A stretch of DNA of 62,858 nucleotides, filler included, from Actinobacteria bacterium UBA7524 (GTDB taxonomy: Bacteria; Actinomycetota; Coriobacteriia; Anaerosomatales; UBA912), in the NCBI GenBank assembly GCA_002478275.1. It is 3 parts of 3 records of this genome, joined end to end, with 100 filler letters (N's around TTAATTAATTAA, not from the genome) between each part and the next. Parts side by side here need not be neighbours in the genome. Positions count along the whole stretch, not along the records: positions 39,758 to 62,858 come from DLMY01000042.1; 2 more parts are not named here. One strand, 5' to 3'. Below, in pieces: positions 60,179 through 62,858 of the stretch. A model generated the notes under the pieces. The model was not told where the DNA came from. It worked only from the letters and a program-made list of their open reading frames with translations, and searched no databases. The translations under genes and the position numbers were made by a program. Within the stretch, counting starts at the first letter, position 1. Each line of letters begins with the position of its first letter.

Positions 60179-60652
60179 TCACTCCTCGAAGACCCAGATG
60201 ACTCTTCGCTCCATGTCGCCGTTCACGATGCCGTCCCCGAAGCCCTCGTTGAGGCAGTGGACGTAGGTGATGTCGCCGTCCACGTCGACGGTCAGCGTGC
60301 CGGGAGTGAGCGTGATCGAGTTGGCGAGCGCGACGTTGCAGACCGGGCGTTTGAAGACAACGCGATGGCCGATCACGCGTGGGTCGATCGGCATGCGAGG
60401 CGACAGGACCACCTCGGCCACGCCCAGCGCGGCCTTGATGATTTCCTTGACAAGCCACGGTACGTACGCCGCGAAACGCAACGCCTGCTTCCACGTGAGG
60501 ACCGGAGCGTCATCGGTCCACAGGGAGCGCACGGCCCAGAGCGCCAGCAGGACCGAAAGAAGGAGACCTACCCCGAGGTCGTAGGGCTTGAAGGAGCCCG
60601 TGAGCACGAGCCAGAAGACGAACAACACGCCGCCCGCCTGGGCCGCCTTCAC
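60179..60652 (-). CDS. mrpE: MrpE subunit
   Basis: FWLVLTG, LANSITLTPGTLTVDV, YVHCL. Confidence 0.93.
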   Translation of the reverse strand: MKAAQAGGVLFVFWLVLTGSFKPYDLGVGLLLSVLLALWAVRSLWTDDAPVLTWKQALRFAAYVPWLVKEIIKAALGVAEVVLSPRMPIDPRVIGHRVVFKRPVCNVALANSITLTPGTLTVDVDGDITYVHCLNEGFGDGIVNGDMERRVIWVFEE

Positions 60653-61593
60653 GAAGGCACCCCCTCGGGGTCAGAGCGCGCGGCGGCCTCGATCGCCGCG
60701 GACGCCGCGGACGCCGCGGACGACTCACTCTCCGCCTCCGAGGCGCTCGCACCCGGACGCTCGGGCAACCGCTGCTCGGCTTTGCGCACGAGCTCGGCCT
60801 GGCCGGCGGCCTCCTCCGGATACGACGCGACGGCAACGCTGACCGAGCATCTCGCGACCGGTTCGAGCACGTCGCCTTCGAACTCCGTGCGCGCCATCGC
60901 TTCTTCGATGCGAGCGGCGACCGCCGCGGCGTCCTTGCTGTCGGAGAACGGGAGGATGATGGCGAACTGCGTCGGCCCGTACCGGGCGATGATGTCGGTC
61001 TCCCGCACGGCGATGCGCAGCACGTCCGCCATGTGCTCGAGCAGCAGATCGCCCTTGTAGTGTCCGAACCGCTCCTTGAACGCCGCGAAATCCTCCACGG
61101 ACACGATCGCCAACGCCGTCATGACCCAGTACCGGTCGCTGCGCCGAAGCTCCTCGCCGAGCCTGGAGTGCAGGACGTCCGCCGTGTACAGGCCCGTCAG
61201 CTCGTCACGGACGGAAAGCCGCTCGAGCTGCAGGCTGTGTCGCTGCTGCCGACGCGCCTGGACACCGATGACCGCGCCGGACAGGACGAACGTCACCATC
61301 CCGACAGCTATCTGCCGCAGCATCCCGCTGGTCCCGGGCGAGAGGAACGCCACCAATGCGGTGGCCGCGGCGCATGCGACAAGGGCCCCGCCCACGTGGT
61401 AGGTGAGCGCCGCGATCACGATCGGGATGAGATAGAGGGGCCAGTACGTCCGCAGGTCGCCGGTGAACAGTATCAGCCCCGTGACGAACGCGCCGGTGAT
61501 CACGACGAGGAGCGCGCTCGTCAGCCTCAGCCGCGCTGGCCCCGGTCGATCCTCAGTCCCGTTCGGTTCAGGTAGCTCCGCCACGGATGACAC
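60649..61593 (-). CDS. Membrane protein with degenerate GGDEF domain (GPTQF) and intact RxxD I-site
   Basis: About 4 TMs, then DELTGLY, FGHYKGDLLL, RETDIIARYGPTQFAIILP, SVSVAVASYP; start approximate. Confidence 0.88.
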   Translation of the reverse strand: MSSVAELPEPNGTEDRPGPARLRLTSALLVVITGAFVTGLILFTGDLRTYWPLYLIPIVIAALTYHVGGALVACAAATALVAFLSPGTSGMLRQIAVGMVTFVLSGAVIGVQARRQQRHSLQLERLSVRDELTGLYTADVLHSRLGEELRRSDRYWVMTALAIVSVEDFAAFKERFGHYKGDLLLEHMADVLRIAVRETDIIARYGPTQFAIILPFSDSKDAAAVAARIEEAMARTEFEGDVLEPVARCSVSVAVASYPEEAAGQAELVRKAEQRLPERPGASASEAESESSAASAASAAIEAAARSDPEGVPS

Positions 61594-61677
61594 ACCCACC
61601 CCGTGTTGGATGCGCGGCGCGCGAGCGACGCCGCACCTGGGACCGCGACCGGTGACATCCTTGCAGTCATGGCGTGC

Positions 61678-61762
61678 TGTGAACGACGAGTCGTGCACCG
61701 TGTGCGCCACATGCATGGAGGAGTGCCCTATGGGCGCCATCGAGGAGATCGAGGAGGACTAG
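61678..61762 (+). pseudogene. C-terminal half of a small 4Fe-4S ferredoxin
   Basis: VNDESCTVCATCMEECPMGAIEEIEED-stop; no first cluster motif or credible start upstream. Confidence 0.55.
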
Positions 61763-62503
61763 TCCTCCCGCTCCGACCCTGCCTGCGGTACGCGGGGGGC
61801 CCCCGGGGGCCCCCCCGGCCCCCCGCCGGGGCGGGGGGGGGGGGGNNNNNNNNNNNNNNNNNNNNNNNNNNNNNNNNNNNNNNNNNGACCCTGCCTGCGG
61901 TACGCGGGGCGCCTCAGGGCGCCCCTTCCGCGTCCTGCTCGCCGCTCGCGGACCGCACGGCCGAGCGGCGAACACCGCCTGCATCTGCCGCCAGACGCGG
62001 GCCTTCGAGGAGCGGTCGGACAGCGATGCGGCGAGGCCGTCGACCGCTCCCACGACCCGACCTCCCGCAGTGCTCGGGCGACCCGGCTGCAACGCGGGCA
62101 TGCGCAGCGCCGCGGCCAGATCCCCTGCCGCTTCCTCGTCCAGAGCCAGCACGATCTCGGGGTCCACCGCCTCGACGATCAGGATGAGCCTGCGCGCCAC
62201 CGTCTCCGCGTCGCAGGGTAGCGGTCGGGAACAGGTCGCCCACACCGACGCCGGGTCTCGTCCCAGCGCCTGGAGCGCCTTGGCCGCGGCATCACCGTCC
62301 GGCCCGGCGAGCGCACGACGGCCGGCACGATCCTCCGGTCCCGGCGCGCCCTTCACGAGGAGCACGCGGCCCAGTGGATCTCCCGAACCGGGAACCGCTG
62401 CACCCTCGGGGAGCATCCGGTCGGCTTGGTCGATCTCGGCTCGCGCCTTCGCCGCGTACGTTCGCAGCAAAGCGTCCGCGGGGGTGGCGACCGGGCGGGT
62501 CAC
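61759..62503 (-). CDS. Uracil-DNA-glycosylase-fold-like hypothetical protein
   Basis: GSGDPLGRVLLVKGAPG, G.DG....KAL, VEAVDPEIVLAL, K...WRQM. GTG start overlaps the epimerase stop. The end is reconstructed across the duplicated N gap (TAG at 61761-61759). Confidence 0.6.
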
Positions 62504-62858
62504 GACGTCTCCCTGAACCACCGCCAGGTCGCCGCGAGCCCCTCGCCCAGCGGACGAGCAGCCGTCCACCCGAACGTCGTCGCCGCCTTCGACGGATCCA
62601 GGGCGCTGCGCTCGATGTCTCCCTCGCGCGCCGGGCGCTTCTCGGGGGCCGCATCGACGCCGGCCAAGTCCCCCAAGGTCGACGCGATCTCCTCGACGCT
62701 CGTCTCACGACCGGTCGAGATGTTGTAGGCCGAGCCGTCAGGGAGCGGTCCCGCGAGCGGGGCGTCCGCCACGATGGCGGCCTCGATGGCTGCGACGACG
62801 TCGCCCACGAAGATGAAGTCCCGCGTCTGCCGTCCGTCCCCGTAGATCACTGCTGGCT
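62500..62858 (-). CDS. NAD-dependent epimerase/dehydratase (GalE-like), C-terminal part
   Basis: IYGDGRQTRDFIFVGDV, YNISTG, PAREGDI, GLAATWRWF. Confidence 0.92.
   Translation of the reverse strand, partial: PAVIYGDGRQTRDFIFVGDVVAAIEAAIVADAPLAGPLPDGSAYNISTGRETSVEEIASTLGDLAGVDAAPEKRPAREGDIERSALDPSKAATTFGWTAARPLGEGLAATWRWFRETS

Noticed and set aside
61776..61910. Poly-G/C tract and direct repeat GACCCTGCCTGCGGTACGCGGGG on both sides of the N gap
   Set aside because: Unmerged overlapping contig ends with an error-rich G/C tail; not a real repeat or G-quadruplex.

Overview
High-GC bacterial draft sequence. The gene repertoire (CWB2-anchored surface proteins, Ahb-type heme enzyme, Mrp) suggests an anaerobic Coriobacteriia-like actinobacterium; this is an inference. 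The window is three unlinked contigs joined by artificial 100-bp N/TTAATTAATTAA/N linkers (17328-17427 and 39658-39757), so adjacency across those points means nothing. Contig 1 (1-17327, minus strand): a >2820-aa CWB2-anchored surface protein built from 15 acidic, Trp-rich ~165-aa repeats and missing from the ORF track; hemL; a pyruvyl-transferase/FrhB-like/flippase-like cassette; a second CWB2 protein; a truncated AhbD-like radical SAM gene. Contig 2 (17428-39657): a pur cluster (purC, purS, purQ, purL) split by a block of two toxin-antitoxin modules flanking a beta-propeller CWB2 protein; a Ca2+/Na+ antiporter; two-component genes; a metallophosphoesterase; a patatin; a fused MFS/spermidine synthase; and a complete compact type II-C CRISPR-Cas9 locus (tracrRNA, cas9, cas1, cas2, start of a reverse-oriented 36-bp-repeat array). 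Contig 3 (39758-62858): a ~20-kb bioenergetic block with an atypical F1Fo ATP synthase operon (delta-like domain fused to alpha, two b subunits, Ala-rich c subunit), an orphan MCP-CheW pair, and an Mrp-type operon with four MrpD-like subunits. The first, translationally coupled gene of the Mrp operon is a membrane protein with a degenerate GGDEF active site but an intact RxxD I-site. This candidate c-di-GMP-controlled ion-transport module is the best lead for an undescribed system.
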